Part shown: positions 18,619 through 28,739 of the stretch, in pieces
Position numbering within the stretch: position 1 is the first letter of the stretch
Layout: each line of letters begins with the position of its first letter
Assembly: GCA_034667685.1 (NCBI GenBank)
Contig: JAXDQU010000089.1
Location: 1 to 64,000, forward strand
Direction: 5' to 3'
DNA: 64,000 bases
DNA from: Thermoplasmata archaeon
GTDB taxonomy: Archaea; Thermoplasmatota; SW-10-69-26; JACQPN01; JAJPHT01
Program-made: the position numbers and the translations under genes
Notes under the pieces: model-generated
What the model saw: the letters and a program-made list of their open reading frames with translations, nothing else
Databases searched by the model: none
Told to the model about the DNA's origin: nothing

Positions 18619-19733
18619 ACGTGCTCGTGGCGACGCCCTACCTCGCGCCGCAGGGGGGCGGCCTGGAGCGCTACGCGGCGGCCATCGGCCAAGGGCTCGC
18701 GCGGCAGGGGCACCGCGTCGTCGAGCTGGGCCACGCGCCCGCCGCGTTCGACGAGCGGGGCGGGACGCGCCGCGTCGGGGTACCGATCCGGTGGCGCCTC
18801 TCCAACACGCCCCTCGCGCCGCGCTATCGTTCCGAGGCGCGCCGCCTGATCCGCGAGGAGCGCATCGACGTCGTGCTCGCGCACACGCCCGTGCCCGGCG
18901 CCGCCGAGATGGCCGCGCTCGCCGCGCGCCGCGAGGGCGTGCCGTACGTCGTGACCTACCACGCCGGGAGGCTGGAGGCGCCGCGCGGCAGCCCGCTCAG
19001 GCTCGCGGCGTGGGCGCACCGCGCCGGCTTCGAGCGCGCGCTGCTATCACGCGCCGCGGCCCGCATCGCAGTATCCCCCTACGTCGCGCGCAACGTCTTC
19101 GGCGTGCGCCCGAGCGTCGTGATCCCGCCTGGCGTGGACGCGATGCGCTTCCGGCCCGGCCGCGAGGAGACGCCCGGCCGCGTCCTCTTCGTGGGACCCC
19201 TCGACCGCGCCTACGCCTGGAAGGGGCTTTCGACGCTCGTCGAGGCGCTGGACCGCCTCCCGGGCGCGCACCTGCGCCTCGTGGGCGCGGGCGACCTCGC
19301 GGAACGATATCGGAAGCTCCCGCGCGTCGAGGTCGCGGGGCGCGTGGACGATGACCAGCTCGTGGAGGAGTACCAGCGCGCGAGCGTGCTCGTCCTGCCC
19401 AGCACGAGCGCCGCCGAGAGCTTCGGCATGGTGCTCGCGGAGGCCAACGCCTGCGGCCGCCCCGTCGTGGGCTCGCGCGTGGGCGGCATCCCCTTCTTCG
19501 TGCGCGACGGCGAGAACGGCCTGCTCGCGGCGCCGGGCGACGCGGCGGACCTCGCGGCGAAGATCGGCCGGCTGCTCGGCGACGCGGACCTGCGGCGCAG
19601 GTTGGGCGAGGCGGGCCGCGCGCGCGTGCTCGCGGAGCACCGCTGGGACGCGCTCGCCAAGGAGACGGCCGCGGTGCTCGAGCAGGCGGTCACTGGAGCG
19701 TCAGCGCCCGCTGCGCGAAGAAGCTCGCCTTGA
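18615..19733 (+). CDS. Glycosyltransferase family 4 (GT-B)
   Basis: GGLERY, IPPGVD, KG, ESFGMVLAEANACG; GTGA overlap. Confidence 0.93.
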   Translation: MNVLVATPYLAPQGGGLERYAAAIGQGLARQGHRVVELGHAPAAFDERGGTRRVGVPIRWRLSNTPLAPRYRSEARRLIREERIDVVLAHTPVPGAAEMAALAARREGVPYVVTYHAGRLEAPRGSPLRLAAWAHRAGFERALLSRAAARIAVSPYVARNVFGVRPSVVIPPGVDAMRFRPGREETPGRVLFVGPLDRAYAWKGLSTLVEALDRLPGAHLRLVGAGDLAERYRKLPRVEVAGRVDDDQLVEEYQRASVLVLPSTSAAESFGMVLAEANACGRPVVGSRVGGIPFFVRDGENGLLAAPGDAADLAAKIGRLLGDADLRRRLGEAGRARVLAEHRWDALAKETAAVLEQAVTGASAPAARRSSP

Positions 19734-20619
19734 CGCGCGGGTCGAGCGAGAGGGTCTGGACGCCGCGCAGCAGGTCCCACGCGCGGCGGCGCACCTCGTG
19801 GCTCGGGTTCGGCCGGAGGCGCTTGGCGCGCAGCAGGTGGAACGCGCGCTCGGTCCAGCCGTCGGCGTGGCGCTCGGCGCCGGTGGCCTCGACGGCGCGC
19901 AGCAGCGCGGCGCGGGCGTCGGGCCAGGCGACGGCGGGCGCGTCACGCGCCGCGAGCTTCCAGTCGACGGCCGCGGCGTACGTGGGCGCATCGGGCATCC
20001 CCTTGGCGAGGCCGAGCCGGGCGCGCAGGCTCGCGTCGTAGAGCCCCTCGTGCAGGAGCGTGGCGTCCATCGCGGCGATCGCGGCCTTGGCGCACTGGAG
20101 CGCGAGCTGGCGCGCGTCGGCGGGCTCGCCGGGGGCGGGCAGCGCGAGGATGAGCCCGGCGGCGCGGTTGCCCAGGAGGCGCGCGGACTCGTTGGGCGCG
20201 AGGTCGCGCGGGCCGAACGCGGGGAGCGCGCGCAGCGCGTCGGCTTCGCCGTGGATCACGCGGCCGCCCAGGCGCAGGTCGAGCCAGAAGAGCTTCCTGC
20301 CGATGCGCGGGAGCCGGCGGCGCCACACCGGGAGGACGTCGACCTCCAGGCCCACCTGCTCGGAGAGCGACGCCGCGATGCGGTGATATCGCGCGCCGCC
20401 GCCGGGCCGCCTGCGGATCGCGACGAGGTCGTAGTCGTTGACGGGCGCGCCCTCGCGCACGGTCCCCTCGCCGCGGCTGAAGCCGCCCGTGAGCACCAGC
20501 GCGCAGAGCGCGGGATCGGCGGTCGCGCACCCCGCGGCGATCTTCTCCAGGTCGCTGCGGATGCGGGCGCGCGAGGCCGCGTCGTCCTCCTCGGTGTAGG
20601 CGAAGCCGAGCCGGTCCAC
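19690..20619 (-). CDS. Nucleotidyltransferase-superfamily (DNA pol beta fold) protein
   Basis: LVLTGGFSRGEG...NDYDLV (hG[GS]...DxD) and a later VDV; helical C-terminus. Confidence 0.75.
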   Translation of the reverse strand: MDRLGFAYTEEDDAASRARIRSDLEKIAAGCATADPALCALVLTGGFSRGEGTVREGAPVNDYDLVAIRRRPGGGARYHRIAASLSEQVGLEVDVLPVWRRRLPRIGRKLFWLDLRLGGRVIHGEADALRALPAFGPRDLAPNESARLLGNRAAGLILALPAPGEPADARQLALQCAKAAIAAMDATLLHEGLYDASLRARLGLAKGMPDAPTYAAAVDWKLAARDAPAVAWPDARAALLRAVEATGAERHADGWTERAFHLLRAKRLRPNPSHEVRRRAWDLLRGVQTLSLDPRVKASFFAQRALTLQ

Positions 20620-20629
20620 GCCACACCCC

Positions 20630-21952
20630 CTACGCGACCGCCATGCCAGGGCCCCCGAGGAAGGAGGAGCCCTCGTTGTGCGCCGGCGTCTCGACGCCCG
20701 CGAGCCTGCAGAGCGTGGGGAAGACGTCGACGAGGTTGCGCAGGCCGAGGTCCTGGTGGGGGCCGGCGTCGGGCGAGTCCATGCAGAGGACGCCGGTCGT
20801 CTCGGCGCCCCACGTCTCCTGGCCCGTCGTGGGCGGCCAGCGGATGCCCTTCTCCAGGTAGCCGTGCATGCCCTTGATATCATGCTCGACGACGTGGAAG
20901 TAATCGGGCCAGAAGAGCACGCCCGGGTCGGCGGCGAAGATCAGGTCGCCGTAGCGGCGGTCGAGCGGGATGCGGCGGCGCTGGCGCTCCTCCTTCTCGA
21001 TGATGCGGCCGTACGGCTTGTCGGCGAAGAGCGCGCGGATCTCGCGCTCCGCCTTCTCGGTGTGGAACCAGACGTTGGCGATCGTGCTGTTGAGGAAGAG
21101 CGTGTAGTCGCGCCCGGCCTTGAGCGGCAGCGACTCGACCATGCGCTGCACGTTGACCTTCTCCATGACGGGCGCCATGCCGTGGTCGCCGATCGCGAGG
21201 AAGTGGAACGTGTCGTAGCCCGCGGCGAGCGCCTCGTGGATCTCGCGGCACTTGCGGTCGATCTCGCGGATCTCCTTCGCCATGAACACGCGGTCCTCGT
21301 CGGTCTGCGCCTTCGCGGGGATGTAGCCCTCGGGCACGAGCGGGCCCTTGTGGTGCGCGCCCTCGTCGAGGTTGCTGAACTGCGCGAAGACGAACGCGTG
21401 GTCCTCGCGCCTGCGGAACGTGTCGAGCACCATCCTGTGGATCTCGTCGTCGTTCCCGCTGATCGGGTGCGCGAGGTACTTGAACGTCCGGCCCTGCTCG
21501 CGCAGGAGGTCGAAGATGCCCGTGAGCGGCATGGCACCCTCCTCGAAGATCGGCTTGTGGTCCTCCACGACGCTGAACGCGGGGAGGTACGGGCCGGGGA
21601 TCCACGCGGGGTCCGTGTGGTACTGGCCGCTGGCCCACCGGCTGATGCGCTTCACGGCGACGCGCATCGGGTACATCACCTTGCGCGGCTGGTACGCGCG
21701 CGCCACCGGGCCGAGCTTTCCGACCCACTTGAAAGGCGAGTTGTCCGGATCGTAGCCGAACGCGCTGAAGGCGTTGCTGGTGTCCGGGTACGTGCCCGTG
21801 AACATGGTGGTGCGCTGCGTGAAGCCGGGCGGCGACTCGATCGAGGCCGTCAGGCGGGTGGTCATCAGGTCGTGGAGGAACGGCGCGTTCTCCGGCGTGA
21901 TGTAATCGCGGCGGCACGCGTCGAGGATGAGCAGGAACGTGGTTTCAGACAT
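20630..21952 (-). CDS. Alkaline-phosphatase-superfamily nucleotide pyrophosphatase/phosphodiesterase
   Basis: LILDACR, TMFTG, LDEGAH, GDHGM, GMHGY. Confidence 0.88.
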   Translation of the reverse strand: MSETTFLLILDACRRDYITPENAPFLHDLMTTRLTASIESPPGFTQRTTMFTGTYPDTSNAFSAFGYDPDNSPFKWVGKLGPVARAYQPRKVMYPMRVAVKRISRWASGQYHTDPAWIPGPYLPAFSVVEDHKPIFEEGAMPLTGIFDLLREQGRTFKYLAHPISGNDDEIHRMVLDTFRRREDHAFVFAQFSNLDEGAHHKGPLVPEGYIPAKAQTDEDRVFMAKEIREIDRKCREIHEALAAGYDTFHFLAIGDHGMAPVMEKVNVQRMVESLPLKAGRDYTLFLNSTIANVWFHTEKAEREIRALFADKPYGRIIEKEERQRRRIPLDRRYGDLIFAADPGVLFWPDYFHVVEHDIKGMHGYLEKGIRWPPTTGQETWGAETTGVLCMDSPDAGPHQDLGLRNLVDVFPTLCRLAGVETPAHNEGSSFLGGPGMAVA

Positions 21953-22871
21953 GGACGATCCTCCGCTTGACGTACGAGGTGACGAAGGCGAGATCGAAGA
22001 GCGGCGAGGCGAGCGCGCCCAGGGCGAGCGCGTGCGGCTTGTAGCGGCGCGCGACCGGGCTCATGAGGCGGCGCAGGGTGGGCGCGAAGAAGACGAGCAC
22101 GGTGCCCCCGAGCACGAAGAGGTTGCCGCTCACGGCGAAGATGAGCCCCATCCCGCCCACGGCGACGGCCCACGCCAGGTGGCCGCGGGGCGCGCCGAGC
22201 AGCTTGTGGAGCTGGGCGTGCGCCGCGCCCTCGCGCTGGTGCTTGCGCCACTCGCTCTTCCACGAGGCGACGTCCTTGTGGCGCACCAGCGCGTCGGGCG
22301 CGTACGCGATGCGCAGGCCGGCGAAGCGCGCCTCCTTGGCGAACGCGACGTCCTCCGCGCCGAGAGCGTTTTCGTCGAAGTGCAAGGTGTCGAAGGCGAG
22401 GCGCCGATATGCGGCGTTCACGTTCGACGCATATCGTTCCGGAAGCCCCTCGGACTGCACCTCGAAATGGTGGTAACGAAGCCCGCGCGAGACCGTGGCG
22501 GCGTTGTCGGTGGGCGGCGCGTGGCGCTGGCGCCCGTAGACGATGTCGGCGTTGCGCACGGCGCGGCGCAGCGCGTCGATCCAGCCGGGCTCGGGCACGG
22601 CGTCGGCGCTCACGAACGCGATCACGTCGTGGCGCGCCATCTCGATGCCCGCGTTGCGCGCGGCGCCGAAGCTGACGTTCGTCGGGTACGCCTTCACGCG
22701 CACGCCGCGCGCCTCCGCGATCTGCACGGTGGCGTCGCGGCTCGCGCTGTCCACGACGATGACCTCGTCGTCCCCTTCCAGCTGCGGAAGGAGCGCGTCG
22801 AGGCACTCGGGGAGGTTGGCGGCCTCATCCTTCGTGAGGATGACCACGGAGAGCGGTTCGCGGGTTGTCAA
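21945..22871 (-). CDS. Glycosyltransferase family 2 with C-terminal TM segments
   Basis: SVVILTKDE, VVDSASRDAT, ARNAG, ADA, GAEDV. Confidence 0.9.
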   Translation of the reverse strand: MTTREPLSVVILTKDEAANLPECLDALLPQLEGDDEVIVVDSASRDATVQIAEARGVRVKAYPTNVSFGAARNAGIEMARHDVIAFVSADAVPEPGWIDALRRAVRNADIVYGRQRHAPPTDNAATVSRGLRYHHFEVQSEGLPERYASNVNAAYRRLAFDTLHFDENALGAEDVAFAKEARFAGLRIAYAPDALVRHKDVASWKSEWRKHQREGAAHAQLHKLLGAPRGHLAWAVAVGGMGLIFAVSGNLFVLGGTVLVFFAPTLRRLMSPVARRYKPHALALGALASPLFDLAFVTSYVKRRIVHV

Positions 22872-24138
22872 GAGGTTTCCTCCGCAGGAGCGGGACGAGG
22901 CGCACGGTCGCCCATGCGCCGGCGAGAAGCTGGACGGCGAGCCACGTCGCGCCCAGGCCGAGCACGCCGAGCTTCGCGAGCGCGAGCGGCGTGACGACGA
23001 GCAGCGCGGCCATCGTGAGGGCCGGCAGGAGCGTCAGCTCCCAGCCGGGGCGGCGCGCCTTCAGGTAGGAGAGGTAGACGTTCGCGATCGCCACGGGCGC
23101 GACCGAGAGCGCGAGCATGCGCAGCAGCTCCGCGCCCTGCGCGTAGTGGTCGCCGAAGATCCCGAGCGCGAAGCCGCCCAGGAAGAACATGCCGAGCGCC
23201 ATCGGGCCGAGCACGAGGCCTGATAGCAGGAGCGCCTTGCGCAGCGCGGGCGCGGCGGGGCCGGGGCGCACGAGCTGCGCGAAGCTGGATTGCGTCACGG
23301 CCTTGCTCGCCTGGAGCGCGACGGTGGCGACGGTCCACGCGAGGTAGAAGCGCGCGTTGGCGGCGGGGCCGAGCGCGCCGATCACGAGCAGCGGAAAGAC
23401 GAGCCCGGGCAGGAACTCGCTCAGGTTGAGCGCGTAGTTGCGCGCCGCGTAGGCGAGCATCTCGCGCGAGGCCGGCGCGGGCTCGCCCTCGTCGGGGTGG
23501 CGCGCGAGGCGTGGGAACGTCACGGCGAGGCCGAACGCCAGCGAGGCGGCGAGGCCCAGGCCCCACGCGAGCGGCACGGCGGTCTCGCCCAGGCTCGCGG
23601 CGACGAAGAAGGGCGCCACGAGCTTGAGCGCATTGAACGCGACGTTGCGCGCGAGCACCAGGACGCCCGCCTGCTCGGAGACGAAGTACGCGTCGAGCAC
23701 CCAAGCGGTCCCGGTGCCCACCGCGAGGAGCACGAAGCCCAGCGCGGCGATGGGCGCCCGCAGCGCGGCGAGGCTCGCGACGCCCTCGACCGCGAGCAGC
23801 AGGACCACGAGCGAGACGAAGGCGGTGAGCGCGAAGGTGGCCGCCCCGGCCCGCGCGAGCAGACGGCGCAGGTGCGCGCGCGAGAGCGCAGGGCCGTAAC
23901 GGATGATGGCCGCGTCGAAGCCCGCCTTGCCGATCAGCGCCGCGAGCGTCGCGGCCGAGACGACGGCGGCGCCCACGCCCAGCGCGTCCTCGGTGAAGCG
24001 GCGCGCGGCCACGATCCAGAAGAGGAACCCGAGCAGCGCCGAGAGGCCCGCGTTGGCGACCAGCGCGTAGCCGTTGGCGTACACGGGATCGCGCACGTGC
24101 TGGCGCAGGGCGGCGAGGGCCCGCCGAAGGATCGGCAC
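22825..24138 (-). CDS. Oligosaccharide flippase (Wzx/RfbX, MOP family)
   Basis: LGFLFWIVAARRF...GV; about 12 TM segments; FGDHYAQG; start uncertain. Confidence 0.85.
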   Translation of the reverse strand: MPILRRALAALRQHVRDPVYANGYALVANAGLSALLGFLFWIVAARRFTEDALGVGAAVVSAATLAALIGKAGFDAAIIRYGPALSRAHLRRLLARAGAATFALTAFVSLVVLLLAVEGVASLAALRAPIAALGFVLLAVGTGTAWVLDAYFVSEQAGVLVLARNVAFNALKLVAPFFVAASLGETAVPLAWGLGLAASLAFGLAVTFPRLARHPDEGEPAPASREMLAYAARNYALNLSEFLPGLVFPLLVIGALGPAANARFYLAWTVATVALQASKAVTQSSFAQLVRPGPAAPALRKALLLSGLVLGPMALGMFFLGGFALGIFGDHYAQGAELLRMLALSVAPVAIANVYLSYLKARRPGWELTLLPALTMAALLVVTPLALAKLGVLGLGATWLAVQLLAGAWATVRLVPLLRRKPLDNPRTALRGHPHEG

Positions 24139-24192
24139 GCGGCCGCGCTTGGGCTCGCTCGGGATAGCGTTTTCGTGACGAGGGTCGAAGTC

Positions 24193-24256
24193 GGGGCTCA
24201 GGGCTCTGGACTCAGGGCTCAAGGCTCCGGAGCCTTGAGTCCTGAGTCCAGAGCCC
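24193..24256. repeat. Palindrome built from 7-bp GGGCTCA-type units
   Basis: GGGCTCTGGACTCAGGGCTCAAGGCTCC|GGAGCCTTGAGTCCTGAGTCCAGAGCCC. Confidence 0.8.
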
Positions 24257-24311
24257 CCGTTTCGAAAGTTGTACCCGAACCGGGATGGCCTCGCGAGGAA
24301 GCGCCGGCCGC

Positions 24312-25997
24312 ATGCGCAAGCTCCGCGTGCTCGACGTCGTGGCGCCGCTGATGCTGCTCGCGATCGTCGTGCTCGGCTGCTCGCTGCGGCTGCGCGACCC
24401 GACGTCGAGCCCGGTCGTGGGCGCCGAGGATCCGTACACGCACCTCGTCTTCACGAAGGAGGCGCTCGCGCGCGGCTACTTCGGCGACTCGCAGTGGCTG
24501 GGCACGTCGATGTACCCGCCGGGCCTGCACGCGCTGGGCGGCGCGCTCGCCTCGGACTCCGGCACGCCGCTATACGCGTGGATCCTCTACGCGCCCCTCG
24601 CGTTCGGCGCGCTCGCCATCGTGGGCATGTTCGCGCTGGGCAACCGTCTCTCGGGCCCCGCGGCCGGCCTCGTCGCCGCGCTGATCGTGGCCGTGATGCC
24701 GGAGCACGTCTTCCGCTCGGAGCTGTACTTCCCCACCGCGCTCGACCTCGCCGTGCTGCCCGCCTTCCTCTACGCGTTCGTCGTCGCGACGGAGCCCGAG
24801 GCCACGAAGGCGCAGCGCGCGGGCGGGGCGATCCTCTTCGCGCTGCTCGCCGCCTCGCTCGCCTTCGCGCACCCGTGGGCCGTGCCGCTCTTCCTCGCGC
24901 CGGGCGCCGCGTGGGCCGCGCTGCGCATCGTGCGCGCGAAGCTGCCGTTCCGCGAGGGCGTCCGCCGCCTCACGCCGGCGGCCGTGCTCGCCGTCGCCGC
25001 CACCGCGTTCGCCGTCTCCTCGCGCTGGGACCACACGGACAGCGGCTTCGCGTCGTTCTTCGCGCACCTCGGGCCGCTCGCGATCCTCGCCAAGCTGCCG
25101 CTCCCCGGCCCCGCGCTCTTCCCGGTCTTCCTCGCCGTCTTCGCGCTGGCCGCCGCCCCCGCGGTGCTGGTGGTCGCGGCGTTGGGCGCGGCGCGCGCGC
25201 CGCGGCTCGTGCGCGTCGCCCTCGCGGCCCTCTGCGCGGTGGGCGCGCTCCTGGTCGTGCCGATGCTCGGCGCCCACCCCGGGCCCGGCATCAACTACCG
25301 CAACATGCTCGGCGGCGCCGCGCTGGAGCTGGGCCTCGTGGGGCTGGTCGTGTCCTTCCTCGCGCCGACCGCCGTGGGCGACATGGGCCTCGCGCTGAGC
25401 GCCATCCTCTACCCGCTCACCGCGATCAACCTCTTCGAGAGCGCGTTCTGGCCGCAGCGCACCGTCGTCTACCTCGGGCTGGGCGTCGCGCTGCTGTGCG
25501 CCGGCGTCGCGGCCGCGCTCGTGCAGGGCATCCTCGCGTGGAAACCGCTGCGCGCGCCGCGCCGCGCCGCGTGGGTCGCGCCCGTCGCGACCATCGCCGC
25601 GGTCCTGCTCGTGGCCGGCGCCGTCAACGCCGCGCCCGCGAAGACCTACGCGTGGTACCGGCTCTACACCAACGACGAGTTCGGCGCGATCCAGGCCACC
25701 AGCGCGCTCGTGGACAAGGACCCGAGCGCGCACATCATGGTCTACTCGTGGCAGCCCGGCCTGTTCCTCAAGGCGGCCGGGAACCCGGACCAGGTGCGCT
25801 ACTGCCCCGCGTGCTATCAGGACGCAGGCGCGCGCAGCAAGGCGCTCGCCGAGCACGGCGGCTCGACGTGGTACGTCGTCGTCGACGCCTACACCGACAA
25901 GGACGCGGCCAAGGGCAAGGCCGACGAGGGCTGGGTGGGGGGCGATCTCGTCGAGAGCGCGGGCCACTGGCGCGTCTACCGCCTCGGAGGGAGCTGA
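24312..25997 (+). CDS. Polytopic membrane protein, probable GT-C-fold (lipid-linked sugar) glycosyltransferase
   Basis: EDPYTH after TM1, YPPGLH, many TM segments, soluble C-terminus; adjacent to a DPM-synthase-like gene. Confidence 0.65.
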   Translation: MRKLRVLDVVAPLMLLAIVVLGCSLRLRDPTSSPVVGAEDPYTHLVFTKEALARGYFGDSQWLGTSMYPPGLHALGGALASDSGTPLYAWILYAPLAFGALAIVGMFALGNRLSGPAAGLVAALIVAVMPEHVFRSELYFPTALDLAVLPAFLYAFVVATEPEATKAQRAGGAILFALLAASLAFAHPWAVPLFLAPGAAWAALRIVRAKLPFREGVRRLTPAAVLAVAATAFAVSSRWDHTDSGFASFFAHLGPLAILAKLPLPGPALFPVFLAVFALAAAPAVLVVAALGAARAPRLVRVALAALCAVGALLVVPMLGAHPGPGINYRNMLGGAALELGLVGLVVSFLAPTAVGDMGLALSAILYPLTAINLFESAFWPQRTVVYLGLGVALLCAGVAAALVQGILAWKPLRAPRRAAWVAPVATIAAVLLVAGAVNAAPAKTYAWYRLYTNDEFGAIQATSALVDKDPSAHIMVYSWQPGLFLKAAGNPDQVRYCPACYQDAGARSKALAEHGGSTWYVVVDAYTDKDAAKGKADEGWVGGDLVESAGHWRVYRLGGS

Positions 25998-26726
25998 ATG
26001 CTGCTCCCGCAGACCCAGGCCACGGGCGAGACCGCATTGCGCCGCCCCTCCGTCACGATCATGCTCCCGGCCAAGAACGAGGAGGACGGCATCGAGGCGA
26101 CCTTCGGCGCCCTCCCGATCCCGCGCATGCTGGAGCTGGGCTACCCCGTCGAGATCCTCGTGGCCGACGGCAAGAGCCACGACCGCACGCGGGACGTCGC
26201 GCAGGCGCACGGAGCCCGCGTCATCCAGCAGCTCGGCAAGGGCAAGGGGCGCGGCGTGCGGAGCGCGCTCGACGTCGCCCGCGGCGAGTACGTCGTCATG
26301 CTCGACGCCGACGCCACGTATCCCGCGAGGGCGATCCCCGCGTTCGTCGCGATGCTCGAGGACGGCTACGACGTCGTGATGGGCTCGCGCTTCCAGGGCC
26401 GCATCGAGGAGGGCGCGATGAAGCGCGTCAACCGCGTGGGCAACCACGGCCTCTCCGCGCTCGCCTCCGCGCTCTACGGCCGCCGCTGCACCGACGTCTG
26501 CACCGGCATGTGGGGCTTCCGCCGCGACGTCGTGCGCAACCTGGGCCTCACCTCCACGCACTTCGAGGTCGAGGCCGAGCTCTTCGCCCGCAGCGCGATG
26601 GCGGGGCTCAAGATCGTCGAGCTTCCGATCACCTACGGCCGGCGCGCGGGCGTGACCAAGCTCGGGTCCGTCTCCGACGGCGTGAAGATCGGGATGGCGC
26701 TGCTGCGCTATCGTTTCGGAAAGTGA
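25998..26726 (+). CDS. GT2 polyprenol-phosphate hexosyltransferase (DPM1/AglJ-like)
   Basis: LPAKNEE, ADGKSHDRT, GKGRG, MLDADATY, VMGSRF, DVCTG, FEVEAE. Confidence 0.9.
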   Translation: MLLPQTQATGETALRRPSVTIMLPAKNEEDGIEATFGALPIPRMLELGYPVEILVADGKSHDRTRDVAQAHGARVIQQLGKGKGRGVRSALDVARGEYVVMLDADATYPARAIPAFVAMLEDGYDVVMGSRFQGRIEEGAMKRVNRVGNHGLSALASALYGRRCTDVCTGMWGFRRDVVRNLGLTSTHFEVEAELFARSAMAGLKIVELPITYGRRAGVTKLGSVSDGVKIGMALLRYRFGK

Positions 26727-26732
26727 AGCTCC

Positions 26733-26937
26733 GGCCGCCTCCGGCGGGGAAAGACGGAATCTCCGAATCTCGGAATCTCCGCGCGTGACCTTGGCGAAAA
26801 CCCGGTCACCCGCGGACCCACCGACCCGAATCCAAGCTCGGGTTCTCTGGTTCTCGGGCCCTCGGGTTTCTTGTTCAGGTCACGATGCGGAGATTCCGAG
26901 ATTCAGAGATTCCGTTCTTTTCCCGCCGGAGGCGGCC
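26733..26937. repeat. ~200-bp nested palindromic element (family C), copy 1
   Basis: Arms GGCCGCCTCCGGCGGG...GGAATCTCC / GGAGATTCC...CCCGCCGGAGGCGGCC; core CCCGAATCCAAG. Confidence 0.75.
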
Positions 26938-26941
26938 AACC

Positions 26942-27736
26942 CTACGTCTGCGAGATGAGCCGCTCGCTCACGTTCCACAACTTGGCAGCCTGCGCGTCGT
27001 CCCGCGCGAGCGCGGAGGGCTCGGCCAGGCGTTGCCGCACGTAGTAGCCGCCGCTCCTGACGTCGGGGCTCGTGGCGCAGAAGACCGACGTGCGGGCGCC
27101 TTGCGCGGGAGATAGCAAAAACGGAGATGCGAGCGCCACGCCGATGCGGAAGACGCCCGACTCGCGCCCGCGCGCCCAGCCGGTGCGGACGCTGCCGGGG
27201 TGCACGGCCACGCTGACGATGTCAGGACGGCGGCGGGCCAGCTCGCGCGCGAACCAGAGGTTGAGCAGCTTGCTGTTGGCGTAGGCGCGCAGGCCGCTCC
27301 AGCGGCGCTCCCCCTGCAGGTCGTCCCAGTCCACGCGCGCGCCGACGTGCGCCTGCGAGGCGACCGTGACCACGCGCGCGGGCGGATGGCGCGCGATCAG
27401 CTCCCGGGTCAGGAGGAAGTGCGCGAGGTGGTTGACGCCGAACGTCTCCTCGAAGCCCTGGCGCGTTCGGGCGAAGCGCGCGGTGTGGAGGCCGGCGTTG
27501 TTGACCAGGACGTCGACGGGCGGCGCCTCGCGCGCGAAGCGGCGAACGTCGTCCAGGTCCGCGAGGTCGAGCTTCGCCACCTCCACGCGGCCTTTGATAT
27601 CATGCGCGGCGGCGCGCCCCTTCGCCTCGTCGCGGACGGCGAGCACGACGCGCGCGCCCAAGGCGGCCAGCGCGCGGGCGGTCTCCAGGCCGATGCCGGC
27701 GTTGCCGCCGGTGACGACGACCGTCTTGCCTTCCAC
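26942..27736 (-). CDS. Short-chain dehydrogenase/reductase (retinol-dehydrogenase-like)
   Basis: TGGNAGIG, NNAG, FGVNHLAHF, YANSK, HPG. Confidence 0.93.
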   Translation of the reverse strand: MEGKTVVVTGGNAGIGLETARALAALGARVVLAVRDEAKGRAAAHDIKGRVEVAKLDLADLDDVRRFAREAPPVDVLVNNAGLHTARFARTRQGFEETFGVNHLAHFLLTRELIARHPPARVVTVASQAHVGARVDWDDLQGERRWSGLRAYANSKLLNLWFARELARRRPDIVSVAVHPGSVRTGWARGRESGVFRIGVALASPFLLSPAQGARTSVFCATSPDVRSGGYYVRQRLAEPSALARDDAQAAKLWNVSERLISQT

Positions 27737-27761
27737 GGGCGGGGGATGGCGCGAAGCCGCT

Positions 27762-27947
27762 TCAGGCCGCCGGCTTCTTGAGGCCGATCGCGGCGAGGAC
27801 GCGGCGCCAGGCGGCGGGGCGCTCGGGGGCGCGGCGCTCGACGTAGGTGTCGAGCAGGTGGCGCTCCGCCTCGTGGGGCGTTCGGACCATGTAGGCGTGG
27901 TCGGGGAACAGGGGGCGCATGAGGCGGGCGGACACCCGGACGGCCAT
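27762..27947 (-). CDS. Small hypothetical protein, 61 aa
   Basis: MAVRVSARLMRPLFPDHAY...; plausible codon usage. Confidence 0.45.
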   Translation of the reverse strand: MAVRVSARLMRPLFPDHAYMVRTPHEAERHLLDTYVERRAPERPAAWRRVLAAIGLKKPAA

Positions 27948-28138
27948 CAAGCCATCGGATCCTCGGCAAGCTGTTCGTTCGGCGAAGGAAGGCCTTGACG
28001 AAACGAAGCGACACCGGGCCACGGCCTGACGCCAACCGAGATCGCGCGCCTGCGGCTCGACGTTCACGATGGCGCTGCCCACGCGCTTCCCGTCCCGGGC
28101 GTTGATGGCGCCGCGGCGACGTTCACACGACGGCCCAT

Positions 28139-28297
28139 GGCCAGGCCTCCGATCGGAATCTCCGCCTCGTGACCTTGGTGAGAACCCGAGGATCCGAAAA
28201 CCCGAGAACCCGATCTTGGATTCGGGTTGGCGGGTCCTCGGGTTCGCGGGTTTCCTCTCCAGGTCACGCGCGGAGATTCCGATCGGAGGCCTCGGCC
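28139..28297. repeat. Nested palindromic element (family C), copy 2, inverted relative to copy 1
   Basis: GGAATCTCCGC..GTGACCTTGG...AGGTCACG..CGGAGATTCC; core CTTGGATTCGGG is the reverse complement of the copy 1 core. Confidence 0.75.
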
Positions 28298-28334
28298 GTC
28301 GGCCTTCGTGCGACGGGTCGCGCCGCACATGCGG

Positions 28335-28739
28335 CTATGGAAGCTCGACCAGCTCCAGCAGCACGCCGTGCGTGTCCTTGGGGTGCACGAACGCGATGCG
28401 CGAGCCCTCGACGCCCTTGCGCGGCGTCTCGTCGATCATGCGCACGCCCTTCGCCTTCAGCTCGGCGATGGCGGCCTCGACGTCCTCGACCTCGACGGCG
28501 ACGTGCTGGAGCCCCGCGCCGCGCTTCTCGAGGTGCTTCGCGATGGGCCCGTCCGGGTCGATGGACTCCAGCAGTTCGAGCTTGAGGCCCGCGATGGGAT
28601 AGAAGTGGGTGCGGACGCCCTGGTCCTGCACGACCTCCTCGCGCGTGAGCGTGAGGCCCAGCAGGTCCTCGTAGAGGCGCTTGGCGGCGGCCAGGTCGGA
28701 GACCGCGATGCCGAGGTGGTCGACGCGCTTGACCTTCAT
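28335..28739 (-). CDS. mce: Methylmalonyl-CoA epimerase (VOC family)
   Basis: VDHLGIAV, KLELLE, PIAKHLEKRGAGLQHVA, AFVHPKDTHGVLLEL. Confidence 0.92.
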   Translation of the reverse strand: MKVKRVDHLGIAVSDLAAAKRLYEDLLGLTLTREEVVQDQGVRTHFYPIAGLKLELLESIDPDGPIAKHLEKRGAGLQHVAVEVEDVEAAIAELKAKGVRMIDETPRKGVEGSRIAFVHPKDTHGVLLELVELP

